Shown here piece by piece: positions 1 to 11,697 of a stretch of DNA of 64,000 nt. A program made the position numbers and the translations under genes. The notes beneath the pieces were generated by a model, which was given only the letters and a program-made list of their open reading frames with translations, was not told where the DNA came from and did not search any database. This DNA is from Massalongia carnosa (taxonomy: Eukaryota), in contig OZ287087.1 in assembly GCA_965645245.1 (NCBI GenBank), positions 1,054,001 through 1,118,000 on the forward strand, in the 5' to 3' direction. Numbering within the stretch: the stretch's first letter is position 1; the number at the start of each line of letters is the position of its first letter.

Positions 1-721
1 ACCGTTTCTACCCCCACCTGAAATTATTAACGATGAACAGGAATGGGAAGTGGAAGAAATTATAGGTAGAAGGTCTGAGAAAGGGGAAATATTCTATAAG
101 GTAAAATGGGTAGGATACCCTGAAGAATATGATGAGTGGGTACCAGAGAAAGATCTGGATGGAGCCTTAGAACTGAAGCAGGATTTCGATGCAAAGCAGA
201 AAGCAAAGCGCAGGCGAATCAAGAAACTACAGGTTACTCGCTGAATCCAGCAAAACCCTTCTTATTCGCCATCTCATCACCATCGGAACTTTCTGCTTTC
301 TCGTCCGGCACCTCATCATCACCATCAGTATCTTCTACTTCCTCGTCCGACTCCTCATCACCCTTTTCTTCCTTGAGACTCTCGCTGGAGGAGCATTCGG
401 AGACAACAATCTCGTACTCCTCACCGTCTTCACCTAAATCAACAAACCATCAACGCTAGCGTTACCGAGCTCGGATCTCTGCTGCTAATCGCCATCGTCC
501 CCTTCTCCGCTACTTCTAGCGCTCGGAGCGGCATCGGCGACCCAGCATTACCGAGAAGCTAGTGATATTTACATCTACCTACGTCAAGCGCCAGGTATTC
601 GCGCTTTCTACACAACAAACTTGCTATCTACGCGAGATCTTCTATCACGTCCCTACACACTCCCTTCCGCGTTCGAGTACTGTACGTGTTGGAGGACCAG
701 CACTATAGGAGAGGAGGCAAT
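1..721 (+). mobile_element. 3' internal end of an upstream copy of Ty3/Gypsy chromovirus family 1 (pol chromodomain tail to 244, 3' region, PPT 707-717)
   Basis: 1-1213 matches 6038-7250 (offset 6037) with no difference seen; ORF 50..244 is the same chromodomain peptide that ends pol 2790..6281. Confidence 0.95.
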
Positions 722-1213
722 TGTCAGTGCATAGAAGGAATAAGGGCTAAGCTAACTAAGCGGGGCTTAGTTCTACGGCTAGGCTTAGTCATATGGAAAG
801 CAGTGAATCTGCGTTACGCGGCTGGTATCTACTGCCGAGAGTATAGTACGAGCGATCGAGATATACGAGGATGTTCGTACGATTAGTGAGCGGATGGTAC
901 GATACAGTAAGCACAGTGTCCACGATACAGTCAGCACAGTGTCCACGATGCAGTCAGCAGAGTGTTTAGCCGGCTTATCCGGTAGGAGTAATGGGCGGTC
1001 AAGATAGTTACAGTATCAAGGGCCCAGAGGGTCAAGGGCTTCGGTCCGGGTATATAAGGAGGCTGCTCGAGGGAGATGCAATCTTCAACGATTAGTCTTC
1101 CGCTTTACCTACATACTTCTTTTAGTATATTAGTATAGCAAATCATTAGTGTCTTCACATTGTCACATATCCCTAGGCCTGGTGTCTGATAATCGCCAGG
1201 TCTGACTCTTACA
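722..1213 (+). repeat. LTR (492 bp) shared between two tandem units
   Basis: Starts TGTCAG after PPT AGGAGAGGAGG, ends CTTACA; TATATAA at 1051; internal ~23-bp tandem (GATACAGTMAGCACAGTGTCCAC, ~3 copies) at ~899-965. Confidence 0.95.
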
Positions 1214-1216
1214 ATT

Positions 1217-1225
1217 CTAATCGTT
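1217..1225 (+). promoter_or_regulatory. Primer-binding site, self-priming (Tf1-type)
   Basis: CTAATCGTT, 3 nt after the LTR end, is the reverse complement of AACGATTAG at 1087-1095, 36 nt after the TATA box. Confidence 0.75.
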
Positions 1226-1290
1226 CTATCCTTCAAGGAGTGACGATCCGTTGACACATTTATACACCTTCTATACACTATCGTCCCGCC

Positions 1291-2532
1291 ATGTCCGCGC
1301 AAGAAGTTGCCTCTGATACCATGATGCCGGAGGAGCGGATCGAAGAACTTTCGGATTCTGAGGGCCCTGGAAGAGGAGCCCTGACCCCAATGGAAAAAGT
1401 AGTCGAACCCATTCAACCCCTGACGTTAGACGAACAGATAGCGCAAGCTGAGCGCAGGCGTAGCGAACTTAAGAAGGAAGTACGTCTGAGGAATTTGAAA
1501 GCCAGTATTGAGCAACTGCAAGAACAAACTCAAAAGCCTTCGAAACCTCCAAACCCTACCGGATCATCCAAGGAACCGGTAATGAGAGGAGCCATTAACC
1601 CTCGTTCTGACGACAATGTAGAGATGACGAGTAGCCAGTCAGTACCTGTTGTTGTTTACAGGAGACGCGCTGCTAGACCCGAGAAAGTCAGTCCCTATCA
1701 TGGAAAAACGGTCAAGGAACATCTGGATTATGAGCGGAACTGCAGAGTGGCGTTTCGCGTGGCAAAAGAGGATTTCCCAGATGATGAATCCAAGATCGCT
1801 TTCGCAATGCAATCGCTGGAAGGGGAGCCTAAGGAAGCTTGGCATCGATATGAGGCAGACGGTGAAATGCACAATTATACCTTCGAAGAGTACTTGAAAT
1901 TCTTGTTAAATATTGTCGAGGACCCAGTTAATCGAGGTCTGCATATGGCCCAATTATTTGCCGAAGCCAAGCAAGGAGAGAAGCAAACGGTAAGAGCTTT
2001 CGAGGCGCACTTGAGTAGCCTCGAGGACCAGTTGCCCTCCTATACCGAAGAACAAAGAGCGACTCATCTGTTTACTAAGTTGCGGCCGTCTATTAGAGCA
2101 GCTATAGGCAACTATCAGAATATTCCAAGGACTAGAGAAGCTCTGGTGACTCTGGCCAGTAGGCTGGAAAACAATCAGAAAAGAGAAAACGATGTCTTAA
2201 CGACGTCGAAGCATGAGCGTCCAAATGTTTCTCACCCCCCTCGCACTAAATCACATAGAGATAAGAGGAACGAGGAGATAAAGGACACTGACAAACCAAA
2301 ACCTACGAAAGACGGTAAAAGGGGTCAGAAAAGAAAGCATGCTGAGACAAAGGAAAGTACCGACGAGGTGACATGTTATCGCTGCGGAGAACAGGGTCAC
2401 TACGCCAACAAGTGTCCCAACCCTCCTAAAGACGACAAGGAGCCGAAGCACGGTGTGAACGCCGTCGCAAAGTCGGGAAAAGCCAAACCTCCACGGAAAG
2501 CTCGCCAGCCGATGGAGGGAAACGATCAGTAG
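1291..2532 (+). CDS. gag: Gag of Ty3/Gypsy family 1 (413 aa)
   Basis: Open ATG ORF after 5' LTR; zinc knuckle CYRCGEQGHYANKC; capsid-like central region. Confidence 0.92.
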   Translation: MSAQEVASDTMMPEERIEELSDSEGPGRGALTPMEKVVEPIQPLTLDEQIAQAERRRSELKKEVRLRNLKASIEQLQEQTQKPSKPPNPTGSSKEPVMRGAINPRSDDNVEMTSSQSVPVVVYRRRAARPEKVSPYHGKTVKEHLDYERNCRVAFRVAKEDFPDDESKIAFAMQSLEGEPKEAWHRYEADGEMHNYTFEEYLKFLLNIVEDPVNRGLHMAQLFAEAKQGEKQTVRAFEAHLSSLEDQLPSYTEEQRATHLFTKLRPSIRAAIGNYQNIPRTREALVTLASRLENNQKRENDVLTTSKHERPNVSHPPRTKSHRDKRNEEIKDTDKPKPTKDGKRGQKRKHAETKESTDEVTCYRCGEQGHYANKCPNPPKDDKEPKHGVNAVAKSGKAKPPRKARQPMEGNDQ

Positions 2533-5500
2533 AAAGCGAGCCAAGCCTAATTCCTGAGGGGACTATAACGAGGGGAGTCCAAAAATACCCGGCGACAGTG
2601 TTGCTTGATGGAGCAGCCGAGATTAATGTGATTAATCAGGGATTCGCCGTCGCTTCAGATCTTAGACCTATTGAAAGCGAACTACCTGCTCCTCAATTCA
2701 TGGATGGTAAAGAGGTTTACTGCTATGGAGCTTATAAGGTAGTAATGGCTCTCTAGGATACTTGGCAGCGACAGCGCACCTTTACCAGCGTGTTTTACGC
2801 AATTGACAAACAGGGCCCTGACTTGGTGTTGGGTCTCCCTGGTCTCAAACAGCTGGGTATCGTAATCGATTATGGAGCGAAGCGCTGGCGTTATAGCTTT
2901 CAGTCTGATATGTTCGAGTTGTGCAAGCCTAAACAGTTTGCGAAGACCCTGGATTCCGGGGCACCACTCTATGCTATAGTGGCTCAACCCATTGCACCTT
3001 GTTCCGAAAGACAACCTGTTAATGTTGGCGCTGTTGATGAGAACAACAGCCGGAACACCAACGAAACGCAGGGGATACCTGTGGAATTTGCTGAATTCCA
3101 GGATGTTTTTTCTAAGGACAGAGCCAATCAATTAGCTACGCACAAGGACTGTGACCACGCTATCGATTTAGAAGGCGGTGATCCACCTTATGGTCCTTTA
3201 TACAACTTATCGAATACGGAGCTTAAGACTCTTCGGGAATATCTTGACGACGCCCTGGCGAAGGGTTGGATCCGGCACTCCACCAGTTCTGCAGGTGCAC
3301 CAATACTATTTGTGCCTAAGAAGGACGGTACTCTGCGCCTCTGCGTTGACTATCGAGGATTGAATAAGGTGACCAAAAAGAATCGTCATCCGCTCCCTCT
3401 TATCACGCAGATACTGGATCAGTTAAACGGGTGTTCCTATTTTACCAAAATGGATTTGCGAGATGCTTATCATCGTCTCCGAATCCGCAAGGGCGACGAG
3501 TGGAAGACGGCATTTCGATCCCGTTACGGACACTACGAGTATATGGTTATGCCTTTTGGATTAGCCAACGCCCCTGCAACTTTTCAAGCTTACATCAATA
3601 AAGCTTTATCTGGGATCGTGGATGTTTTCTGCGTAGTCTATCTGGACGATATATTGGTATTTTCCAAAGATAGAACGAGCCATGTGGAGCATGTTAAAGA
3701 GGTGTTACGTCGTCTAAGGAAACACGATCTCTATGCAAATCTTAAAAAGTGCGAGTTCTTTGCTCCGGCCGTGGAATATCTAGGGTTTATCATTAGCAGC
3801 GATGGTATCTCCATGGATCCACGCCGGGTTGAAACCGTGCGGGATTGGCCTGCACTTCAGTCCTTTCGAGACATTCAGGTCTTTCTAGGATTCGCCAATT
3901 TCTATCGACGTTTCATACGTCATTATTCTCAAATCACTAGGCCATTGACTGACATGCTGAAAGGCATGCAGGCTGGGATAAAAAGGGGTACTTTTTATCT
4001 TACGGCCGAAGGAGCGGAAGCGTTTAGCAAGCTGAAAGAAGCCTTTCAGGGCGCGCCCATCTTGGTTCACTTCGATCCAGAACTGCTCATTCGCCTAGAG
4101 ACCGATGCATCGGATTTCGGAATCTCTGGCATTATCTCCCAGTTGCAGAAGGATAGGCAATGGCATCCCGTCGCTTTCTACTCGCGGAAGATGATACCGG
4201 CCGAGCGCAACTATGAAACCCATGATCAAGAGTTGCTGGCCATTGTGATGTGTTTTAAACACTGGAGGCATTACCTGGAGGGTAGCCTGCACCCCGTTGA
4301 GGTCCTGACAGACCACAACAATTTGAGGGGTTTTATGAATATTAAGGTGTTGAGTGGTCGGCAAGCGCGATGGGCTATGAAGTTAGCCGCTTATGATTTC
4401 GTAATCATGCATCGCTCGGGAAAGACCAATCCTGCCGATGCACCGTCTAGGCGCCCTGATTATCAGAGCATCAACACCGAGGTGACGAGATTGTTGCCTA
4501 CTCTTCAAAAGAAGCTGAGCAAAATAGATTCCTTATGCGTAGGTTATACGCCGGGGATTCGTACGGTGCTTGCCGCACTTAGGTATGATCTTCGCTCAAA
4601 GATAGCTTCGTCCGGGATTGAACCCCTGGAGAATTTAGAGGGTGAAACCTCTAAATCAATTACTTCTCTTGACGAAGAGAGTGATACTTTTGAAGTCGGC
4701 TTGACGCAATGTATTCCCCGGGCTGTAGCTGTTGCCTTATCAGATGAAGAAAAGCCTTTGGAAAGTGCTTCCAAGTCAGTGCTTGAACTCATCAAGGCGC
4801 TACAGGGGAAAGACGCATTCGTGTCTAGCAGGCGAGAGACCGTTGCTAAGTCTTTGAAGCGCAAGGGTGGTCGCTCCCCCAAAGCAATTTGGACTATAGA
4901 TAGCAATGATCTTCTCAATCATCGTGGCAGAATTTACGTGCCCGATGAAGAATCTATTCGTGCGGAGCTGTTGCGGCGTCATCATGACGACGAGCTCGCG
5001 GGTCATTTTGGTGCGGAGAAAACAGCTGAGTTGCTTACCCGCAAATACTATTTGAAAGGACTTAACAAGACTGTGAAGAAGTACACGGAATCCTGCGACA
5101 TTTGTCAAAGGACGAAGGCGCCTAGGCACCGACCTTACGGGGTTATGCAATCGCTTCCACGTCCTTCCGGTCCTTGGAAAGAAATCACTATAGATTTCAT
5201 AACTGGGTTTCCACCTAGCAAGCGTTTCGGCCGGGTTTATGACTCGTGCCTAGTAATTGTGGATAGATATACCAAAATGGCGCTATATATCCCGGTTACG
5301 AATAAAATCAATGCAGTGGACCTGGCAGAAATTCTGTTTGAATCGGTAGTATTACAGTTCGGCGCTCCTGAGGGCATAGTATCGGATAGAGGGTCGGTCT
5401 TTACCAGTGAGTACTGGTCAGAAATTTGTTTTCATTTAAAGACGAAACGCCGGCTTAGCACGGCCTTTCACCCTCAAACTGATGGCCAAATCGAACCACA

Positions 5501-6281
5501 AAACCAGACCCTTGAACACTATTTGAGAGTTTACTGCACTGACAATCAATCCAACTGGGTGGCACTATTGCCCCAAGCACAATTTGTCTACCAAGTCAGT
5601 TATCAAAGTACGCTTGGGTGCAGCCCCTTTTATTGTATGTACGGCTATAACCCGGAGATTCGCTACGAAGTCGGGGACGACATCGCTGTGGAGAGGGTGC
5701 CCGCTGCGAAAGAACGAGTAAAGCAATTACACGAGTTCAGATATTCTTTAGAGGCACGCTGGAAAAGCGTATCCGAAGCGCAGGCCAAGTACTACAACAG
5801 GAAACATCTTGAGAAAGATTTCAATGAAGGGGACTTGGTAATGTTATCTGCCAAGAATCTAAAACAAAAAAGGCCTAGTAAGAAACTTTCACATAAGTTT
5901 TTAGGTCCTTTTCGCATTCTAGAAGCATTCGGCAAGCAGGCGTATCGTCTTGCTCTTCCTACGACTTATAGAATTCACCCGGTCTTTCATGTCTCTTACC
6001 TAGAACCTTACAAGCGAAGAGATGGTCAAGAGCATATACCGTTTCTACCCCCACCTGAAATTATTAACGATGAACAGGAATGGGAAGTGGAAGAAATTAT
6101 AGGTAGAAGGTCTGAGAAAGGGGAAATATTCTATAAGGTAAAATGGGTAGGATACCCTGAAGAATATGATGAGTGGGTACCAGAGAAAGATCTGGATGGA
6201 GCCTTAGAACTGAAGCAGGATTTCGATGCAAAGCAGAAAGCAAAGCGCAGGCGAATCAAGAAACTACAGGTTACTCGCTGA
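2475..6281 (+). CDS. pol: Pol (protease, RT, RNase H, integrase, chromodomain) in the -1 frame to gag; one in-frame TAG at 2754-2756
   Basis: Frame opens at slippery GGGAAAA 2475-2481; protease-like [29 protein letters not shown]; RNaseH ETDASD...ELLAI; integrase HH...CDIC, SDRG, GPF; C-terminal chromodomain EWEVEEII...YKVKWVGY. Confidence 0.93.
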
Positions 6282-6743
6282 ATCCAGCAAAACCCTTCTT
6301 ATTCGCCATCTCATCACCATCGGAACTTTCTGCTTTCTCGTCCGGCACCTCATCATCACCATCAGTATCTTCTACTTCCTCGTCCGACTCCTCATCACCC
6401 TTTTCTTCCTTGAGACTCTCGCTGGAGGAGCATTCGGAGACAACAATCTCGTACTCCTCACCGTCTTCACCTAAATCAACAAACCATCAACGCTAGCGTT
6501 ACCGAGCTCGGATCTCTGCTGCTAATCGCCATCGTCCCCTTCTCCGCTACTTCTAGCGCTCGGAGCGGCATCGGCGACCCAGCATTACCGAGAAGCTAGT
6601 GATATTTACATCTACCTACGTCAAGCGCCAGGTATTCGCGCTTTCTACACAACAAACTTGCTATCTACGCGAGATCTTCTATCACGTCCCTACACACTCC
6701 CTTCCGCGTTCGAGTACTGTACGTGTTGGAGGACCAGCACTAT

Positions 6744-6754
6744 AGGAGAGGAGG
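6744..6754 (+). promoter_or_regulatory. Polypurine tract
   Basis: AGGAGAGGAGG 4 nt before the 3' LTR TG. Confidence 0.85.
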
Positions 6755-6758
6755 CAAT

Positions 6759-7250
6759 TGTCAGTGCATAGAAGGAATAAGGGCTAAGCTAACTAAGCGG
6801 GGCTTAGTTCTACGGCTAGGCTTAGTCATATGGAAAGCAGTGAATCTGCGTTACGCGGCTGGTATCTACTGCCGAGAGTATAGTACGAGCGATCGAGATA
6901 TACGAGGATGTTCGTACGATTAGTGAGCGGATGGTACGATACAGTAAGCACAGTGTCCACGATACAGTCAGCACAGTGTCCACGATGCAGTCAGCAGAGT
7001 GTTTAGCCGGCTTATCCGGTAGGAGTAATGGGCGGTCAAGATAGTTACAGTATCAAGGGCCCAGAGGGTCAAGGGCTTCGGTCCGGGTATATAAGGAGGC
7101 TGCTCGAGGGAGATGCAATCTTCAACGATTAGTCTTCCGCTTTACCTACATACTTCTTTTAGTATATTAGTATAGCAAATCATTAGTGTCTTCACATTGT
7201 CACATATCCCTAGGCCTGGTGTCTGATAATCGCCAGGTCTGACTCTTACA
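6759..7250 (+). repeat. 3' LTR (492 bp) of family 1
   Basis: Matches 722-1213; similarity stops after ...CTTACA. Confidence 0.95.
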
Positions 7251-7455
7251 TGCGACGAGCAGAAAAACTCTGCAGGAGCATTGGATGAGCTCTACCGTAC
7301 CCAATTCTGGTGCGTTTATGCTCAAGAGGGGCTCAAACGAATGAGAAAGAAGGGTAGAATCTAATACGAAAGTTTCAGAATATCGAAATTGACGGTACTG
7401 TTGCTGCTTCAGTGCGGTGTCGCTATACTTTTCTTCTTAGTTTTATTGTTCTGGT
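7251..7455 (-). mobile_element. Diverged LINE-A-related 5' UTR fragment (host site of the Ty3 tandem)
   Basis: TGCGACGAGCAGAAAAACTCTGCAGGAGC resembles 40635-40665 TGCGACCAGCAGAAAAACTCTGCTGGAGC in the LINE-A 5' UTR. Confidence 0.65.
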
Positions 7456-7461
7456 CGCATG

Positions 7462-9140
7462 GCACTTAGAAAAATTATGTCTAGACATCGACGAGAATGG
7501 AAGAATTATCCGACCGATTATAGTCATAAAACGTTAAAACATAGTCGAATCGAAAATTTTCATGCAATTACAAAAGCAAAAACCCAAACTTGGTTGACTT
7601 TTCTAGAAAATTCAGCGAATAAAGACGTATTACCGCGTTTAAATACACTAAACCGCGCATATTCGAAAAAATCCTACTAATTCAATATGAAAACAAGTTA
7701 AATATTTAATTCGATAACAAATGCGATGCATTTGTGGCAGCAATGTTTACAAAAAACCCAATTATAGACGATAATTTCGAAAATTTATCGAATCAAGACA
7801 ATAAAGATTACGATATTTGGCCGGATTTGACAAAAAACGAGTTGAAAAACGCGATTAGTTTGTTTAATCCGAAAGTAACATGTGGATCGGATTTAGTTAA
7901 TTTCACAATTGTTCAAAAAAATTTTCAATCCTTGAAAATCATCTTTTTTATGATTTATTCAAAATTTATACAAACCGGTTTTCATCCGTTATGCTGGCGA
8001 ACAGGACTCGGTGAAGTTTTGAAAAAAAACCTAATAAATCTGACTATTCGCTGCCAAAATCATATCGAATTATCACTTTACTAAATTGTTTTGGTAAAAT
8101 TGCCGAGAAAATCGTTGCAAATCGCATTGCATACATCGTCGAAAATTCGAATTTATTAGATATCGAACAGATGGGCGGACACAAAAATCATTCTGTAATT
8201 GACGTAGTCACGACCGTCGTTCATGACATCGAAATACCAAATCGAAAAAAAAACGTTTTATCATGTTTATTACTCGATATCATAGGTGCTTTTGACTTTG
8301 TATCGATTAATCAGCTGTTAAATGTCATGAAAAATCTGAAATTATCTCGCATAGTAATTCAATGGGTCAAACATTTTAGGGCAAAACAATCGGTCAATCT
8401 AATAATCGATGAAAATAAAAGCAAACCCTATTATGTTGAATTAGGAATTCCACAAGGCTCATCAATTTCGCCTATATTATTGTCGCTCTACATTCGTCAA
8501 TTATTTCCGAAAGTACGAATGAAATTCAATGCACATTCTCCTAGTTTTAATAATGATGATGCAATATATGTCAAAAACAAAACAAAACTGCAAAACAGAA
8601 TTGTAAAGAATTCGAAATAATAGTTATAACAGCATTTGATTGGGCCGCATCGAATAATGTCAAATTTGATGACGAGAAATCCGATCTGATTCACTTCGAA
8701 AAGACAAGAAATTCATCGAAAGAGACACTGCAATTACCAAACGCAAGTTTACTAGCACCGGAAAATGTAGTCAAATGGTTGGGATTCTGGCTAGATCGAA
8801 AACTGAATTACAAAAAACACGTCGAAACTCGAATTTCATCTGCAAATCGGTCGTTCTTTGCGATTCAAAATTTGATGAACTCGTAATGGGGTCTAAAACC
8901 GACTGCATGCAGACAGCTTTATATGTCATGCATCGTTCCTATTTCGGACTATGGTTCAGAAATTTGGTATAATGGTCAAAAGAAATATGAAGAACTATTT
9001 TAGAATTTGCAATATCGGATGATTCAAAAGATGTTGGGAACATTCAAAATGACACCTGTTCAGGCGATGGAAATTGAATGACATTTTTTAACAGTCAGAC
9101 TACAATTATTGATGAAATATCAAAAGTATGCTATTCGAGA
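7462..9140 (+). pseudogene. Degenerate LINE-A ORF2 fragment (RT region)
   Basis: Broken ORFs 7459-8620 align to the 56534..59860 protein (RHRREWKNYP, QMGG, GIPQGS); many frameshifts and stops. Confidence 0.9.
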
Positions 9141-9928
9141 TTTTTTTTGTTCATTAAGTGTATTCAACCTAAGGTAATGACACTAAACTATTTTAGGATA
9201 TGTTTCTTTAATACAATTAAATCAACCCTTTATAACCAATCTCTGAATCGTCAATTTTGCCCCGTTTTTACTCCGTGTTAGTAATAACCAATAGTAATCG
9301 AATTTCGATTTTGCAATTTGTCTTTATAAACTTCTTATATGTTTCAGCATTAATCAATTCTGGTTTTACTGTTCGATCTCTCCCCAACCTCCCGTTTCGA
9401 GAATTTCGTCTTCTAGCTGACCTAGTATCCATTTTCTAGTAGCGATTTTTGTTTTGACAATAACTGTATCAAAATATCATTTCCAATTTTTGTATTAAAT
9501 AATATATTTGAATTGATTGTAGTATCGCAATTTTGTTTCATTATTTGAATCTTTTTAAAATAGTGAATGCAATTCAACAATAGATGTTCTGGTGCTTGAC
9601 GTTCGTTGCATTGATTCGTGAATTTCGACACATTATAATCTTTCAATCGATGTAGATATGATCGAAAATAACTGTGTCCGAACTTCAGCTGCATAATAGT
9701 AGCAAAGATCAATTTCAAACAATTGTTTGACAAACTATAAAAGCTCGATTTGCAATGTTGCATTTCGAATTTCTCGTAATATTTGCCTTTTGACCTGCAT
9801 CGTTGCCATTGACTTGTTCATGTGTTTAGCGTATTTCGATAAATTTGACTTTTCAAATTATCGAATGTGATCGCTGAGGACTCCGCTAGGATTTGACTGT
9901 GACCCGATTTCGCCGTTTTGTCTGCAAT
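9141..9928 (-). mobile_element. LINE-A 3' end (ORF2 C-terminus, 3' UTR, poly-A)
   Basis: T8 at 9141 followed by the antisense 3' UTR; ORF 9422..9763 FGHSYFRSYL...EHLLLNC. Confidence 0.9.
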
Positions 9929-10418
9929 TGTCATGGAATTACCTCGCTCCCTCCCACGTTTCCTGATCGGGTTAGTATTTAACAGGCTCTCTTGCCGTGA
10001 AACCTGCCCTGTATGTAGAATAGATCCGTGGCACGTTATTCCGAATTATCCTGAAACCTCGCCCCATGTGTTCAGACGTTCTTCCGCTACCTTCAGTGCA
10101 CTCCCAAACTCCTATATTCCGAATCCAATCTCAACGTCTCCACTATTCAAGCCTACGACTGGGATTGCCCAGCAGAGAGAGATTGCTTCGGCATGGAGAA
10201 AGGCGGAACAGGTCAAAGCGATCATGGTTAGGAAATTAGAACAGGAACAGAGATGAGGGCAAGTCAAGAATAGGGGAGTTGGAAGCCATGGCTATAAAAC
10301 CTATGTGGTTTCTCAGGTGTTTGGAGCTCTTCGTCGGACATCTTGTATACTATCCCTAGACCTAGCTTTCTAAATAGTAACTCTTGTATATCTCTCTATC
10401 TGGACTTTGTCCATGATA
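9929..10418 (+). repeat. Probable 5' LTR of family 2
   Basis: Begins TGTCATGG at the break in LINE-A sequence and ends CCATGATA (1 mismatch from the inverted terminus); TATAAAA at 10293; no second LTR in the window to confirm. Confidence 0.7.
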
Positions 10419-10481
10419 TTACGTCCGACCTACATTTAATTGTTTCTTTGTTTTCTCTTTCCCTTATAAAGATTGTTAATC

Positions 10482-11697
10482 ATGTCTTTTCAAGAAGAAA
10501 CCGCAAATCTGCCTCAGGAAGCCGAGGTAGCCCAAAAGGAGCTAGAACATGTCAGCAATAACCCGGACGAGTTCATCGCCGCCTATCGAGACCTGGAACG
10601 ACAATTAGCTGAGATTCGAAACGCGGTTCCTCCAGCCATTAATCAAACGTCTTCCAACCCATTATTGGCAACCCCGTCATCAACTCCTTCTCCTTCCGTT
10701 CCGAGCTCCCAGCTGGCCGCCATTATAGAAGAGCTAATGAAACGACCAGCCTTTCCGCCCAGGTCCGAGAAACTTCCTGACATACCGGAGTATGACGATG
10801 ACGAGGACAAACTCGATGCTTGGGAACAGAATCTAATTCTAAAAATGCACATTAACCATGACCGATACTTTTTCGATGAGGCCAATATAGCTTATGCGGA
10901 GAGCAGACTCACTATCAGCAAGCGAGCCCATCTGCTCATGACTCCCTACCGGATAGATGGCTTATGCCGCCTAACCTCTTTTTCGGACTGGAGAGCGAAA
11001 CTTCGTCTGGCCTGTGGTAACCCCTTCGAGCAAAAGGATGCCCGTACATATTTGCGAGACACCCTGAAACCGGGTAACCTAACCTTTGAGGAATATTACA
11101 ACCTTTTTCTCTCAGAAGAAGGAACGATTTAAAATGGAAGACGCCTCCCTCATCGATGCGATGAAGGCCAACATCAACTATTCCACCCAAACAGTGGCCA
11201 TCTATTATCGAGTCCCCGGAACCAATCAGGAGCCCGTCACCTTCGACGAACATGTTGCAATGTGGGCCCAAACGGATCGAAAAATTCGTCAAATCAGGCA
11301 TATCTCGCCACGCCAAGCCTCTGGAGCCTCTATTAGCAACTCCTCAACTAAAAAGGGTGCATCCGTCGCCACCACCACTGCCGTTGTCAGGAGTCCTGCC
11401 CCCCGCTCCTCCACGATCGTCGTCGCTCCAGCCGTCACCCCTGCTGCGGTTCCTTCTCTTCCCGCAGGGGATCCGATGGACCTCAGCTCTGCCATGGCCG
11501 CTGTGAAAGGCCAAAGCCTGAAAGTCCCCGGTGTCAAGGAAATCTGCGAGCAATGGAGACTATGCTTCTACTCTAAGCAATCGCACCCTGGGAAGACCGC
11601 AATCGACTGTCCCAACAAGAAGGCATCGTCTACTATTCGGTCTCTTGTCCTTTACAACGACTCCGACGCCTCTGAGGATGCAGCGGGAAAAACCTGA
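10482..11697 (+). pseudogene. gag: gag of family 2, frameshifted near 11100
   Basis: Overlapping ORFs 10473..11132 and 11086..11697; EKLPDIPEY, GDPMDLS, degenerate knuckle CFYSKQSH...C. Confidence 0.8.

Larger units (their letters stand above)
722..7250 (+). mobile_element. Full-length Ty3/Gypsy chromovirus LTR retrotransposon (family 1), unit of a tandem array
   Basis: Two 492-bp TG...CA LTRs (722-1213, 6759-7250); gag with CCHC; pol order PR-RT-RNaseH-IN-chromodomain; PPT before 3' LTR. Confidence 0.97.

Noticed and set aside
136..459. Ser-rich 107-aa ORF (and its copy at 6173..6496) as a gene
   Set aside because: Overlaps pol and is the shadow of the antisense acidic frame
8775..8972. 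Recurrent 65-71-aa ORFs (MVGRL..., MNQLG...) seen in many places
   Set aside because: Alternative-frame shadows of LINE-A ORF2 that recur only because the element is repeated
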